Assembly: GCA_035604595.1 (NCBI GenBank)
Contig: DATNIE010000026.1
Location: 18,908 to 82,907 of the forward strand
Source of the DNA: Steroidobacteraceae bacterium
GTDB taxonomy: Bacteria; Pseudomonadota; Gammaproteobacteria; Steroidobacterales; Steroidobacteraceae
Reading direction: 5' to 3'
Length of the DNA stretch: 64,000 nucleotides
This document shows positions 28,898 through 41,723 of the stretch, in pieces. The position numbers and the translations under genes are program-made. The notes beneath the pieces are model-generated. The model worked only from the letters and a program-made list of their open reading frames with translations. It was not told the origin of the DNA and searched no databases. Position 1 is the stretch's first letter; each line of letters begins with the position of its first letter.

Positions 28898-29983
28898 ATG
28901 CTGTACCGCCTCGCTGAACTGCTCGCCCAGCACTACTCCGGATTCCGCGTGTTCGCCTATCTGACGCTGCGCGGCATCCTGGCGGCCATCACCGCGCTGC
29001 TGATCGCCCTGCTGGTCGGGCCGTTCGTGATCCGCCACCTCAGCGATCGCCAGATCGGCCAGCACATCCGCGACCTCGGTCCCAAGTCGCACCAGACCAA
29101 GCAGGGCACGCCGACGATGGGCGGGGCGCTGATCCTGGTGGCGATGCTCGCCTCGACGCTGCTGTGGGCGGACCTCGGCAACCACTACGTGTGGATCGTC
29201 GCCGGTGTCACGCTGGCTTTCGGGCTGATCGGTTTCTACGACGACTATCTGAAGCTGCTCGTGCGCAATTCGAAGGGCCTGCCGGCGCGCTGGAAATACC
29301 TGCTGCAGTCGGTCGCCGGACTCGCGGGTGCGATTGCGCTGTTTCATACCGCAGCGGTCCCGGCCGCAACCGCGCTGCATGTGCCGTTTTTCAAGGACGT
29401 CGTCGTGCCGCTGGGTGCGACGGGATTCGTGGTGTTCAGCTACTTCGTGATCGTCGGCACCAGCAATGCGGTCAATCTGACCGACGGCCTCGACGGCCTC
29501 GCGATCATGCCAGCCGTCATGATCGCGGGCGCGCTCGGCGTCTTCGCCTACGCCTCCGGCAATGCGATCTTTGCCAACTACCTGCTGATACCGCACGTGC
29601 CGGGCGTCGGCGAGGTGCTGATCTTCTGCGCGACGCTGGTCGGCGCCGGCCTCGGCTTCCTGTGGTTCAACACCTACCCGGCACAGGTGTTCATGGGCGA
29701 TGTCGGTGCACTGGCGCTTGGCGCAGCGCTGGGAACGGTGGCGGTCGTCGTGCGCCAGGAGATCGTGCTGTTCGTCATGGGCGGAGTGTTCGTGCTCGAG
29801 ACGGTGTCGGTGATGCTGCAGGTCGCATCCTTCAAGCTGACCGGCAAGCGGATCTTCCGCATGGCACCCATCCATCATCACTTCGAGCTGCAGGGCTGGG
29901 CCGAGCCAAAGGTGATCGTGCGCTTCTGGATCATCACCGTGGTGCTCGTGCTGGCCGGGCTCGCGACCTTGAAGGTGCGCTGA
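28898..29983 (+). CDS. mraY: phospho-N-acetylmuramoyl-pentapeptide transferase
   Basis: 10-TM protein with conserved [17 protein letters not shown] and HHHFE blocks. Confidence 0.95.
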   Translation: MLYRLAELLAQHYSGFRVFAYLTLRGILAAITALLIALLVGPFVIRHLSDRQIGQHIRDLGPKSHQTKQGTPTMGGALILVAMLASTLLWADLGNHYVWIVAGVTLAFGLIGFYDDYLKLLVRNSKGLPARWKYLLQSVAGLAGAIALFHTAAVPAATALHVPFFKDVVVPLGATGFVVFSYFVIVGTSNAVNLTDGLDGLAIMPAVMIAGALGVFAYASGNAIFANYLLIPHVPGVGEVLIFCATLVGAGLGFLWFNTYPAQVFMGDVGALALGAALGTVAVVVRQEIVLFVMGGVFVLETVSVMLQVASFKLTGKRIFRMAPIHHHFELQGWAEPKVIVRFWIITVVLVLAGLATLKVR

Positions 29984-31308
29984 TGGCGCTGCGCCGCAAT
30001 CTCGTGGTCGGGCTCGGCAAGACGGGCGTCTCCGCGGTCCGCTGGCTGCACGCGCGCGGCGAGGGGGTGGCGGTCACGGACTCGCGCCTCGCGCCGCCCG
30101 GGCTCGACGCGCTCGGCACGCTCGGCGGGTACTTTCCGCTGCATCTCGGCGGGTTCGACCTCGCGCTGCTGGATTCGACCGACCGCATCGTGCTGTCTCC
30201 CGGCGTGTCGCGGCATGAGCCACTGGTACGCGAAGCGCTCGCCCGCGGCATCACGGTGCTCGGCGACATCGAGCTTTTTGCACGCGTCAAGCAGGCACCG
30301 GCGGTGGCCATCACCGGCACCAACGGCAAGAGCACGGTGACGACGCTGATCGCCGAAATGGCGCGCGCCGCCGGGCGGCGGGTGCTGGCCGGGGGCAACC
30401 TGGGCGAGCCGGCGCTCGATCTGTTGTCCGCGCCGGTGCCGGAACTGTACGTGCTTGAGCTCTCGAGCTTCCAGCTCGAGTCCACCGACTCGCTCGAGCT
30501 CGTGGCCGCGGCGGTGCTGAACCTGACGCCGGACCACCTCGATCGCTACGGATCCCTCGACGAGTACGCCGCGGCCAAGGCGCGAATCTTTGCGCACGCC
30601 GCGACGGCGATCGTCAACCTCGACGATCCCCGCGTCGCCTCGCTGCCACGCGCTGGCCAGCGGCGGGTCGGCTTCAGCCTGACGCGGGCGGACGCCGACT
30701 GGGGCCTGGTGACCGCTGGCGGTGAAGCCTCGCTCTCCCGCGCGGGCGAGCCGCTGCTGCCGCTCCGGGAGCTGCGGCTCCCCGGCCGTCACAACGCCGC
30801 CAACGCGCTTGCCGCGCTCGCGGTCGGCGCCGTGGCGGGGCTGCCGCTCGCGCCGATGCTGGCCACGCTCCGCCATTTCGCGGGGCTGGCGCATCGCAGC
30901 GAGTGGGTCGCCGAACGGCGCGGGGTGCGATTCATAGACGACTCGAAAGGCACCAACGTCGGTGCGACCGTGGCGGCGGTCGAGGGCCTCGCGGGACCGC
31001 TGATCGTGATTGCCGGCGGCGATGGCAAAGGCCAGGACTTCGCCCCCCTCGCCGCCGCGTTTCGCGGCAAGGTGCGCCATGCGGTGCTGATCGGGCACGA
31101 TCGCGAGCAGCTCGCGCGGGCGCTTGCCGGCGCCTGCAGCACCGAGTTCGCTCACGACATGGACGCCGCGGTCGCCGCCGCCGCCCGCGCGGCCGTGCCT
31201 GGCGATTGCGTGCTGCTGTCACCGGCCTGCGCGAGCCTCGACATGTTTCGCGATTACGCCCACCGCGGCGAGATGTTCGCGGCCGCCGCGCGGAGCCTCG
31301 ACGCATGA
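29983..31308 (+). CDS. murD: UDP-N-acetylmuramoylalanine--D-glutamate ligase
   Basis: GLGKTG Rossmann N-terminus and ITGTNGKST P-loop. The ATG shares one nt with the mraY TGA (TGATG). Confidence 0.95.
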   Translation: MALRRNLVVGLGKTGVSAVRWLHARGEGVAVTDSRLAPPGLDALGTLGGYFPLHLGGFDLALLDSTDRIVLSPGVSRHEPLVREALARGITVLGDIELFARVKQAPAVAITGTNGKSTVTTLIAEMARAAGRRVLAGGNLGEPALDLLSAPVPELYVLELSSFQLESTDSLELVAAAVLNLTPDHLDRYGSLDEYAAAKARIFAHAATAIVNLDDPRVASLPRAGQRRVGFSLTRADADWGLVTAGGEASLSRAGEPLLPLRELRLPGRHNAANALAALAVGAVAGLPLAPMLATLRHFAGLAHRSEWVAERRGVRFIDDSKGTNVGATVAAVEGLAGPLIVIAGGDGKGQDFAPLAAAFRGKVRHAVLIGHDREQLARALAGACSTEFAHDMDAAVAAAARAAVPGDCVLLSPACASLDMFRDYAHRGEMFAAAARSLDA

Positions 31309-32474
31309 GCGCGTTCGCCCCCGCGCTCCGCACCGCCGCACGCTCGCGCCTGACGCTCGATTGGCAGGTGATTGGCTTGACCTCGGCGCTGGTGCTGCTC
31401 GGGCTGGTGATGGTCACGTCCTCCTCGATCACGGTCGCGGCCCGCGACGGCGACCCGTTCTTCTTCCTCGAGCGCCAGCTGCTGTTCGCGCTGGTCGGCA
31501 CGGGCTGCGCGGCCGTTGCCGTCCGGGTTCCGACCGCGACGTGGGAACGGCTAAGCTTCCTGCTGCTGGTCGTCTCGATCGTGCTGCTCGTGTTGGTGCT
31601 CGTGCCGGGCATCGGTCATGCCGTCAACGGCAGCCGGCGCTGGCTGCGGCTCGCGGGCCTGAACTTCCAGGCCTCCGAGGGCGCGCGCGTGCTGCTGCTC
31701 ATCTATCTGTGCAGCTACCTCGTGCGTCGCGAACAGGAAGTGCGTGACAGCGTGATCGGCTTCCTCAAACCGCTCGGCGTGCTCGCGGTCGCCGCACTGC
31801 TGCTGCTGGTGGAGCCCGACTTTGGCTCGGGCGTGGTGCTGCTGACGACCGGCATTGGCGTGCTGTTCCTCGCCGGCGTGCGGCTGCGCCAGTTCCTCGC
31901 GCTGTGCGGGGTCGCGCTGGTCGCCTTCGCGGCCATCGCTGTGTCGAGCGCCTACCGCGTCAAACGCCTGACGGCGTTTCTCGACCCGTGGGCGGATCCG
32001 TTCGATACCGGTTTCCAGCTGACGCAGTCGCTGATCGCGATCGGGCGCGGCGAATGGTTCGGCGTCGGTCTCGGCGCGAGCATCCTGAAACTCCTGTACC
32101 TGCCGGAGGCGCACACCGATTTCGTGTTTGCGGTGCTCGCCGAGGAGCTCGGCTTCGTCGGCATCGTGCTGGTCGTGGCGCTCGTGATCGCGCTCGTCTA
32201 CCGCTCGCTGATGATTGCGCGGGCGGCGGCCGAGGCGGGTCTCAAATTCCAGTCGTATCTCGCGGCGGCGTTCGGCATCTGGCTCGGCCTGCAGGCGTTC
32301 ATCAACATGGGCGTGAACATGGGGCTGCTGCCGACCAAGGGACTGACGCTGCCGCTGCTGTCCTACGGTCGTTCGAGTCTGGTCGTGACGCTCGGCTGGA
32401 TCGGCATCCTGCTGCGCGTCCACCACGAGACGATGAACACGAAGTCGGTCGCGTTGCGAGGCACGGCCCGATGA
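31305..32474 (+). CDS. ftsW: peptidoglycan glycosyltransferase / cell division protein FtsW (SEDS)
   Basis: Multi-TM SEDS protein with LPEAHTDFVFA and GLLPTKGLTLPLLSYG. ATGA overlap with murD. Confidence 0.95.
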   Translation: MSAFAPALRTAARSRLTLDWQVIGLTSALVLLGLVMVTSSSITVAARDGDPFFFLERQLLFALVGTGCAAVAVRVPTATWERLSFLLLVVSIVLLVLVLVPGIGHAVNGSRRWLRLAGLNFQASEGARVLLLIYLCSYLVRREQEVRDSVIGFLKPLGVLAVAALLLLVEPDFGSGVVLLTTGIGVLFLAGVRLRQFLALCGVALVAFAAIAVSSAYRVKRLTAFLDPWADPFDTGFQLTQSLIAIGRGEWFGVGLGASILKLLYLPEAHTDFVFAVLAEELGFVGIVLVVALVIALVYRSLMIARAAAEAGLKFQSYLAAAFGIWLGLQAFINMGVNMGLLPTKGLTLPLLSYGRSSLVVTLGWIGILLRVHHETMNTKSVALRGTAR

Positions 32475-33543
32475 CGACCGTGCTGATCATGGCTGGCGGC
32501 ACGGGCGGTCACGTGTTCCCGGCACTGACGGTTGCCGAGGTGCTGCGCGCGCGAGCCTGCCAGGTCGTGTGGCTTGGCACGCGTCGCGGCATTGAGGCGC
32601 GACTCGTGCCGCAAGCCGGCATACCAATTGAATGGATCCGCGTCGCAGGACTGCGCGGCAAGGGACTGTTGAGCTGGTTGGGCGCGCCGTTTCGCCTGTC
32701 GCTCGCGCTCGGTGATGCACTACGCGCGGTGCGGAAGTGCCGGCCGGACGTGGTACTCGGCCTCGGTGGTTTCGTCGCTGGCCCCGGCGGCCTGGCGGCG
32801 CGCTTGCTCGGGCGGCCACTCGTCATTCACGAACAGAACGCGGTCGCCGGATTCACCAATCGCCTTCTGGCGCGCATCGCCGCGACCGTCGCCGAGGCTT
32901 TCCCTGGCAGCTTCGCGCCCGCCGTCGGCGCGATCGCAATCGGCAACCCGGTGCGCCCGGCGATCGAGACGCTGCCCGCCCGCAGCACCACGCCGCGGCC
33001 GTGCAGGCACCTGCTCGTCGTCGGCGGCAGCCAGGGGGCAGCCGCCCTTAACCGCATCGTGCCGCCGGCACTCGCGCTGCTCGGCCCCGCCGAGCGTCCG
33101 CAGGTGCTGCACCAGGCCGGTCGCGAGCGGCGCGACCAGGTTGCCACGGCCTACGCAGCCGCCGGGGTCGCGGCCGAGGTGCGCGAGTTCATCGACGACA
33201 TGGCCGAGGCCTACGCATGGGCCGACCTCGCGGTGTGCCGCAGCGGCGCGCTGACAGTCGCCGAGCTCGCGGCAGCCGGCGTGCCGGGGCTGCTGGTGCC
33301 GTTCCCGGCCGCGGTCGACGACCACCAGACCGCCAACGCCATGTTCCTCACCAGCCGCGGCGCTGCGGTACTGCTGCCGGAGGCGACGCTGACGCCAGAG
33401 CGCCTCGCCGCCGAACTGAGCACGCTGACCGGCCCGGATCCGCGGCGACGCGAGGCGATGGCCGAGGCGGCGCGCCGCGCCGCGATGCCCGGCGCCGCCG
33501 GTCGGCTCGCGGACCTGTGCCTTGCAGCGGCCGGGGCGCGCGC

Positions 33544-33547
<4 letters not shown>
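32471..33547 (+). CDS. murG: undecaprenyldiphospho-muramoylpentapeptide beta-N-acetylglucosaminyltransferase
   Basis: [14 protein letters not shown]-terminus and GGSQGA motif. ATGA overlap with ftsW. Confidence 0.95.
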
Positions 33548-34952
<1,405 letters not shown>

Positions 34953-34956
<4 letters not shown>

Positions 34957-35861
34957 GCGCCGTGCGCGAGTTCGCGATCCCGGTGGAGTTCCTGCCGCAC
35001 GTGCGCTTCGCCGAGCCCCTGGCCCGGCATACCTCCTGGCACGTCGGCGGTCCGGCGGACGTCTTCTACGAGCCGACGAACGCGGAGGAGCTTGCGCGCT
35101 TCCTCCGGGCGCTGCCGGCGCACGTTCCGTGCCACCTGCTCGGGCTTGGCTCGAACGTACTGGTGCGCGACGGCGGGCTGCGCGGCGTGGTGATCTCGCT
35201 GCATCCGGGTTTCGACCGGCTCGAGCGCGCCGGCGCCACCCGCGTGCACGCCGACGCAGGGGTGGCCTGCGCGCGGGTCGCACGGCAGTGCGTCGAGTGG
35301 TTGCTCGGGCCGGCGGAGTTCCTCGCCGGCATCCCCGGGACCGTCGGTGGGGCGCTGGCGATGAATGCCGGCGCGTGGGGCGGCGAGACCTGGCCGCACG
35401 TCGCGGAGGCCGATGTCATCGATCGCAGCGGAGCGCGACGCACGCGCGCGGCCGGCGAGTACCGGTGGGGTTACCGGCAGGTCGAGGCGCCGGCACCCGG
35501 TGAGTGGTTCCTCGCGGCGCGCTTCGAGTTCGCCCCGCAGCCGCTCGCGAGCACCGACCGAATCCGGGCGCTGCTGCTCAAGCGCCGCGAGACGCAGCCG
35601 ATCGGCGAGTGGAGCGGCGGATCGACGTTCACCAATCCCGCTGGCCAGCACGCGGCGCAGCTGATCGAGACTGCCGGGCTCAAGGGCTACCGCGTCGGCG
35701 GCGCGGTCGTGTCGACCAAGCACGCCAACTTCCTGATCAACGAGGGCACCGCGACGGCGGACGACATCGAGCGGTTGATGGGCCACGTCCAGGCGGAGGT
35801 CGAGCGCCGGCACGGCGTGCGGCTCGCGCCCGAAGTACGGGTCGTCGGGGAGCGCGCATGA
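34953..35861 (+). CDS. murB: UDP-N-acetylenolpyruvoylglucosamine reductase
   Basis: FAD-binding PCMH domain ([20 protein letters not shown]). ATGA overlap with murC. Confidence 0.9.
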
Positions 35862-36826
35862 CGAGCCGCCTGTCCACGGGAACCGGTGCGGGCATCACTG
35901 CCGCGGACGTCGGCCGGGTCGCCGTGCTGTACGGGGGCACGAGCTCGGAACGCGAGGTGTCGCTCGACTCCGGCCGCAACGTGCTCGCGGCGCTGCGCCG
36001 GCGCGGCGTCGCGGCCGAGGGCGTGGACGGCATCGAGGCGCTGATTGCTGGTCTCACCGCCAGGCGTTACGACCGCGTTTTCAACATCATGCACGGCGGC
36101 GCCGGCGAGAACGGCGTCGTGCAGGGGCTGCTCGAAGCCTTGCGGGTGCCCTATACCGGCTCGCGCGTGCTCGGGGCCGCGCTGACCCTCGATAAGATCC
36201 GCACCAAGCAGGTGTGGCTGTCAGTCGGGCTGCCGACGCCGCGCTACGCGCGGCTGGCACCGGCCGGGGACGTGGCCAGCGCCGCGCGCAGCGTCGGCTT
36301 TCCGTTGATCGTCAAACCCTCGCTCGAAGGCTCGAGCGTCGGCGTGAGCCGGGTATTCGATGCGGGCCAGCTGCCGGCTGCGGTAGCGCTCGCGGCCCGC
36401 TATGCGGGGGAGCTGCTGATCGAAACGCTGATCGTGGGCGCGGAGTACACGGTCGGCGTGCTCGACGGCGTCGCGCTGCCGACGATCCGGATTGTGCCGG
36501 CCGGCGAGTACTACGACTACCACGCCAAGTACGTCGCCGAGGACACCCAGTATGTGTGTCCGGGGCTCGAGCCGGAGGCGGACGCCGCGATGCGCGCGCT
36601 CGCGCTCGCCGCCTTCGATACCGCAGGCGCCGCCGGCTGGGGACGCGTCGACCTGATGCGGGACGAGGCGGGACGCGACTGGCTGCTCGAAGTCAATACG
36701 ACCCCGGGGATGACCAGTCACTCGCTGGTGCCCAAGGCCGCGCGGGTCGCCGGCATCGAGTTCGACGAACTCGTGTGGCGGATCCTGCAGACCAGCTGCG
36801 ACGCGAGTCGCGGTGGGCGCTCGTGA
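35858..36826 (+). CDS. ddl: D-alanine--D-alanine ligase
   Basis: [20 protein letters not shown]-terminus and ATP-grasp blocks ([21 protein letters not shown]). ATGA overlap with murB. Confidence 0.95.
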   Translation: MTSRLSTGTGAGITAADVGRVAVLYGGTSSEREVSLDSGRNVLAALRRRGVAAEGVDGIEALIAGLTARRYDRVFNIMHGGAGENGVVQGLLEALRVPYTGSRVLGAALTLDKIRTKQVWLSVGLPTPRYARLAPAGDVASAARSVGFPLIVKPSLEGSSVGVSRVFDAGQLPAAVALAARYAGELLIETLIVGAEYTVGVLDGVALPTIRIVPAGEYYDYHAKYVAEDTQYVCPGLEPEADAAMRALALAAFDTAGAAGWGRVDLMRDEAGRDWLLEVNTTPGMTSHSLVPKAARVAGIEFDELVWRILQTSCDASRGGRS

Positions 36827-37659
36827 CCGTCCTCGCCGACATCCTGCCGCGCCGCGCGAAGAACCGGACGCGCGTCGAGACCACCCGGCGTTTGCGGCTG
36901 CCGGTGGTCGACTGGGCCCGCGCCGGCTCGATCGCCCTCGGTGTCGCGGCCGTCGCCGGGCTCGCCGGCCTGATCGGGTTTGCCCTTGACCGGCCGGTGC
37001 GGCGGGTCGACGTCGCCGGCAGCTTCCAGCGGGTCTCGCCACTCGAGGTCGAGGAGGTCGTGCGCCAGCGGATCCGCGGCGGCTTCGTGACCGCCAACCT
37101 CGATCAGCTGCAGCGCTCGATCGAGACGCTGCCATGGGTCGACCACGCGCGCGTGCAGCGGCGCTGGCCGGACGGCCTCGTCGTGCAGGTGGCCGAGCAG
37201 CTGGCCGTGGCGCGCTGGGGGGCCACCGGGCTGCTGAACGCTCGCGGCGAGCTGTTCCTCAAGGAGGCGCGCCACGTGCCACCGGAGCTGCCGCGGCTGG
37301 ACGGACCGGACGGCGCCGAGCACCAGGTCGCCGACGTTTTCTTCCGGGTGCAGCCGCGCCTGCTCGAAGCCGGACTGCGCGTCAGCGCGCTGCGCCTCGA
37401 TGCGCGCGGCGCCTGGGAAATCGATCTGGCGAATGGCGTGACGGTGCGCCTGGGCCGGCGTCAGTTCGAGGAGCGAATCGAGCGATTCTTCAAGGTTGGC
37501 GCGCCGGTCGTCGCGGGCCGCTCCAACGACATTGCGTTTCTCGACATGCGCTACTCAAACGGCTTTGCCGTCGGCTGGCGCACGCAGGGTGGGGTACAGG
37601 CGCGGCCCGCATCGCTCGATGAGACGCCGGGCAAGCTGAAACGGGACCAAGATGTCTAA
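36823..37659 (+). CDS. ftsQ: cell division protein FtsQ
   Basis: Bitopic protein with one TM ([19 protein letters not shown]) and a POTRA region ([20 protein letters not shown]). GTGA overlap with ddl. Confidence 0.85.
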   Translation: MTVLADILPRRAKNRTRVETTRRLRLPVVDWARAGSIALGVAAVAGLAGLIGFALDRPVRRVDVAGSFQRVSPLEVEEVVRQRIRGGFVTANLDQLQRSIETLPWVDHARVQRRWPDGLVVQVAEQLAVARWGATGLLNARGELFLKEARHVPPELPRLDGPDGAEHQVADVFFRVQPRLLEAGLRVSALRLDARGAWEIDLANGVTVRLGRRQFEERIERFFKVGAPVVAGRSNDIAFLDMRYSNGFAVGWRTQGGVQARPASLDETPGKLKRDQDV

Positions 37660-38887
37660 GCGTATCGATCGAAATCTGATCGTCGGACTCGACATCGGCA
37701 CCTCCAAGGTGGTGTCGCTGGTCGGCGAGCTGAAGTCCGACGGCGAGCTCGAGGTGATCGGCATCGGCTCGCATCCCTCGCGGGGACTGAAGCGCGGTGT
37801 CGTGGTCAATATCGACTCGACCGTGCAGTCGATCCAGCGGGCGGTCGAGCAGGCCGAGCTCATGGCCGGCGTCGAGATCAACGCCGTGTACACCGGCATC
37901 GCCGGCAGTCACGTCCGCAGCCTCAATTCGCACGGCATCGTCGCGATCAAGGACAAGGAAGTGACCCAGGGCGACGTCGCCCGGGTGATGGATGCCGCGC
38001 AGGCGGTCGCGCTGCCCGCCGACCAGCGGATCCTGCACGTGATCCCGCAGGAATTCATCATCGACAACCAGGAAGGCATCCGCGATCCGATCGGCATGTC
38101 GGGCATCCGGCTCGAGGCGCGCGTGCACATCGTCACCGGCGCCGAGAGCGCCGCGCAGAACATCGTCAAGTGCGTGCAGCGCTGCGGCCTCGAGGTCGAG
38201 GACATCGTGCTCGAACAATGGGCCTCGAGCTACGCGGTGTTGACGGACGATGAGAAGGATCTGGGCGTGTGCCTCGTCGATATCGGCGGCGGCACGACCG
38301 ATCTCGCCGTGTTCTCGGGCGGTGCGCTCAGGCACACCGCCGTGATCCCGATCGCGGGCGATCAGGTGACGAATGACATCGCGGTCTCGATGCGTACGCC
38401 GACCCAGTACGCCGAGGACATCAAGATCCGCTACGCCTGCGCGCTCAGCCAGCTCGCGAACCCGGACGAGACGATCGAGGTGCCGAGCGTCGGCGACCGC
38501 CCGCCGCGGCGCCTCGCACGCCAGACGCTCGCGGAGATCGTCGAGCCACGCTACGAGGAGTTGTACAACCTGATCCGCGACGAGCTCAGGCGCTCGGGTT
38601 TCGAGGAAGCGATCGCGGCCGGCATCGTCATCACTGGTGGCAGCGCCAAGATGGAAGGGGCCGTCGAGCTCGCGGAAGAAGTGTTCCACGTGCCGGTGCG
38701 GCTCGGAATTCCCCATGGCGTCGTCGGGCTCGCCGACGTCGTCAGAAATCCCATCCACGCAACTGGCGTGGGCCTGTTGCAGTACGCCCGTGCGCAATCC
38801 GTGCTGGCCGGCGACACCAAGCCGCTCGGCGCCAATGTCCGCAACGTCTTTGATCGGATGAAGTCCTGGTTCCAGGGTTCTTTTTGA
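37652..38887 (+). CDS. ftsA: cell division protein FtsA
   Basis: Actin-like ATPase (VGLDIGTSKV, DIGGGTTDLAV) with a C-terminal amphipathic helix. 8-nt overlap with ftsQ. Confidence 0.95.
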   Translation: MSKRIDRNLIVGLDIGTSKVVSLVGELKSDGELEVIGIGSHPSRGLKRGVVVNIDSTVQSIQRAVEQAELMAGVEINAVYTGIAGSHVRSLNSHGIVAIKDKEVTQGDVARVMDAAQAVALPADQRILHVIPQEFIIDNQEGIRDPIGMSGIRLEARVHIVTGAESAAQNIVKCVQRCGLEVEDIVLEQWASSYAVLTDDEKDLGVCLVDIGGGTTDLAVFSGGALRHTAVIPIAGDQVTNDIAVSMRTPTQYAEDIKIRYACALSQLANPDETIEVPSVGDRPPRRLARQTLAEIVEPRYEELYNLIRDELRRSGFEEAIAAGIVITGGSAKMEGAVELAEEVFHVPVRLGIPHGVVGLADVVRNPIHATGVGLLQYARAQSVLAGDTKPLGANVRNVFDRMKSWFQGSF

Positions 38888-38907
38888 TTCACTCGAAGGA
38901 GACACAC

Positions 38908-40083
38908 ATGTTCGAACTGATGGATGCCTACAGCCAGAGCGCGGTCATCAAGGTGCTCGGCGTCGGAGGTGCTGGCTGCAACGCCGTCGATCACATGCTG
39001 CTGGTCGGCATCGAGGGCGTGGATTTCGTCTGCCTCAACACCGACGCGCAGGTCCTCAAGAAGTCCAAGGCGAAGACGACCCTGCAGATCGGCACGAACA
39101 TCACCAAGGGCCTTGGCGCCGGCGCCGATCCCGAGGTGGGCCGCCAGGCGGCGATGGAGGACCGCGATCGTGTGATCGAGTTGATCGAGGGCTGCGACAT
39201 GCTGTTCATCACCGCCGGCATGGGCGGCGGCACCGGCACGGGCGCGGCACCCGTGGTCGCGCAGGTGGCCAAGGAGCTCGGCATCCTGACCGTCGCGGTC
39301 GTCACCAAGCCCTTCACGATGGAGGGCCACAAGCGCATGGCCATCGCCGAGCAGGGCATCAGCGAGCTGGGCAAGTTCGTCGATTCGCTGATCACGATCC
39401 CGAACCAGAAGCTGCTGTCGGTGCTGGGTCCCAAGACGCGCCTTCTCGATGCGTTCACCTCCGCCAACGGCGTGCTGCAAGGCGCGGTGCAGGGTATCGC
39501 GGAGCTGATCACGCGGCCCGGGCTCATCAACGTCGATTTCGCCGATGTGCGCACGGTGATGAGCGAGACCGGCATGGCGATGATGGGCACCGGGCGCGCG
39601 ACCGGCGAGGACCGTGCGCGCCTCGCGGCCGAGATGGCCGTATCGAGCCCGCTGCTCGAGGACATCAACCTCGCCGGCGCCCAGGGCATCCTCGTCAACA
39701 TCACCGCCGGCATGGACATGGCGATCGGTGAGTTCGAGGAGGTCGGCAACACCGTCAAGCAGTTTGCCAGCGACGACGCCACGGTCGTGATCGGCACCGT
39801 CATCGAGCCCGACATGCAGGAGGAGCTGCGTGTGACGGTCGTCGCGACCGGCCTCAACCGCTCCGCACCGCGCCTCGCCCAGGCGGCCGCGGCCATGGTG
39901 CGCGCCGAGCCCACGATGCGGATGGTCCGGAAGCCGGGGGCGGGGTCCCCGACGCCCGACTACTCGCAGCTCGAGCGGCCGGCGATTCAGCGCAAGAGCG
40001 CGGTCGGCGACGGGCTCAGGCCCGAAATCGACGGCGACGAGGTGCTCGATATCCCGGCGTTCTTGCGCCGGCAGGCCGACTGA
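38908..40083 (+). CDS. ftsZ: cell division GTPase FtsZ
   Basis: Tubulin signature GGGTGTGAAPV. AAGGAG sits 6 nt upstream of ATG 38908. C-terminal peptide DIPAFLRRQAD. Confidence 0.97.
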   Translation: MFELMDAYSQSAVIKVLGVGGAGCNAVDHMLLVGIEGVDFVCLNTDAQVLKKSKAKTTLQIGTNITKGLGAGADPEVGRQAAMEDRDRVIELIEGCDMLFITAGMGGGTGTGAAPVVAQVAKELGILTVAVVTKPFTMEGHKRMAIAEQGISELGKFVDSLITIPNQKLLSVLGPKTRLLDAFTSANGVLQGAVQGIAELITRPGLINVDFADVRTVMSETGMAMMGTGRATGEDRARLAAEMAVSSPLLEDINLAGAQGILVNITAGMDMAIGEFEEVGNTVKQFASDDATVVIGTVIEPDMQEELRVTVVATGLNRSAPRLAQAAAAMVRAEPTMRMVRKPGAGSPTPDYSQLERPAIQRKSAVGDGLRPEIDGDEVLDIPAFLRRQAD

Positions 40084-40352
40084 TGCCCGGGGTGGCGGGC
40101 CGGTCGACGGCCCGGCCGCGTTCCAGCAGGGAGGAACTATGCGTGACGAACGACGTCTGAATGCGCTCGCCAGAGGCCGGCTCCGCGCCCAGCGGGGGGC
40201 GGAGCCTCGCGTGCAGGCGCCCGGCGACCCGCCGCGGACCGAGCGGCGTGTCACCCAATGCGGTCAAAGACTTGTCGCGGTTTTCAAGCCTGTGCTAGGG
40301 TGCTGAGTCCCTGCCGCGGGGCAGGGGCGGAACGACCTCACGCGACTCCCGA

Positions 40353-41267
40353 ATGTTGAACCAGCGCACGCTCAAAAACACAATCCGCGCCACGGGCATC
40401 GGCCTGCATTCGGGGCGCAAGGTGTTCATGACGCTGCGCCCGGCGCCGCCCAACACGGGAATCGTGTTTCGGCGCGTCGACCTGCGCGAGCCCGTCGACA
40501 TCGAAGCGCGCGCCGAGAACGTCGGCGACACGACGCTCGGCACCACGCTCGTCAATGGCGAAGTCCGCGTGTCGACGGTCGAGCACCTGCTGTCGGAGTT
40601 CGCCGGCCTTGGCATCGACAACGCCTTCGTCGAGGTCAGCGCGGTCGAGGTTCCGATCATGGACGGCAGCGCCGGACCCTTCGTGTTCCTGCTGCAGTCC
40701 GCGGGCATCGAGGAACAGAACCTGCCGAAACGCTTCGTGCGCATTCGCAAGTCCGTCGAGGTCCGCGACGGGGACAAGTGGGCGCGCTTTGATCCGTTCA
40801 ACGGATTCAAGGTCAATTTTGAGATCGAGTTCGACCATCCGACGTTCCGGCGCCATACGCAGCGCGCATCGATGGATTTCTCGACGACCTCGTTCCTCAG
40901 GGAAGTCAGTCGCGCCCGTACGTTCGGGTTCATGCGCGACCTCGAGGGGCTCAGGGCGCGCAATCTCGCGCTCGGCGGCACGCTCGACAATGCCATCGTG
41001 CTCGATGACTTCCGGGTCCTCAACGAGGACGGGCTGCGGTACGAGGACGAGTTCGTCAAGCACAAGATCCTCGATGCGATCGGCGACCTGTACCTGCTCG
41101 GCCACAGCCTGATCGGCGAGTTCAGCGGCTACAAGTCGGGCCACGCCCTGAACAACCGGCTGCTGCGCGCCCTGATCGCAGATGCCTCGGCGTGGGAGGA
41201 AGTGACCTTCCGCGATCGCAGCGAGGCGCCGATCTCCTTCGTCACGGCCGCCGCGATCGGCGCCTGA
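40353..41267 (+). CDS. lpxC: UDP-3-O-acyl-N-acetylglucosamine deacetylase
   Basis: [22 protein letters not shown]-terminus and the [10 protein letters not shown] zinc-site block. Confidence 0.95.
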   Translation: MLNQRTLKNTIRATGIGLHSGRKVFMTLRPAPPNTGIVFRRVDLREPVDIEARAENVGDTTLGTTLVNGEVRVSTVEHLLSEFAGLGIDNAFVEVSAVEVPIMDGSAGPFVFLLQSAGIEEQNLPKRFVRIRKSVEVRDGDKWARFDPFNGFKVNFEIEFDHPTFRRHTQRASMDFSTTSFLREVSRARTFGFMRDLEGLRARNLALGGTLDNAIVLDDFRVLNEDGLRYEDEFVKHKILDAIGDLYLLGHSLIGEFSGYKSGHALNNRLLRALIADASAWEEVTFRDRSEAPISFVTAAAIGA

Positions 41268-41285
41268 GCCGCCCCTCCGGGCCGC

Positions 41286-41723
41286 TCACCGCGGTCGCGG
41301 GCGCGGCCGCACCCGGACGATGACCCGCGCGACCCGCTTGCCGAGAGCGGTCGAGACCCGCGGCGCGAGCTCGGGCAGCGCATAGCGCAGCCGGCTCGCC
41401 CAGCCGCCGCTGTCGATCACCAGGGTTAGTACGCCCTCCTCAGCGAGCGAGGCTCCCCAGACGTGCCCCGCCGCCTCCGTGGGCAGGGCATGCTGCACCG
41501 CAGCAAGCGCCTCGGTCGCGGCGTCAGCCCCGCGCTTCAGCCGTTCGAGTTTTGCTTTACCTTGGGCCAGTAACTCGCTGACGGCGGTTGGTTTTCGCGT
41601 TTTCAAGGGCCGCTCTGCATCCCAAAATCGTACAAAAGTGGTTGTTGCGCCAAGGGTTTTTGTTGCATAGTTCCCTTCGCTGTACAAGGGCAAACCCGCT
41701 GAAAGGCGGGGACGCAAAGCCAC
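41286..41723 (-). CDS. DUF721 (DciA-like) family protein; start uncertain
   Basis: The C-terminal LTLVIDSGGWASRLRYALPELAPRV block resembles DUF721 proteins. The lpxC / M23 peptidase / secA neighbourhood matches other gammaproteobacteria. The first ~40 codons use atypical AT-rich codons. TTG at 41606 is a plausible true start. Confidence 0.5.
   Translation of the reverse strand: MALRPRLSAGLPLYSEGNYATKTLGATTTFVRFWDAERPLKTRKPTAVSELLAQGKAKLERLKRGADAATEALAAVQHALPTEAAGHVWGASLAEEGVLTLVIDSGGWASRLRYALPELAPRVSTALGKRVARVIVRVRPRPRPR

Noticed and set aside
29164-29982. Upstream 273-codon extension of the murD ORF (714-aa ORF in the track)
   Set aside because: The extension runs out of frame through mraY and is Arg/Gly-rich. 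The MurD homology begins at ATG 29983 ([15 protein letters not shown]).
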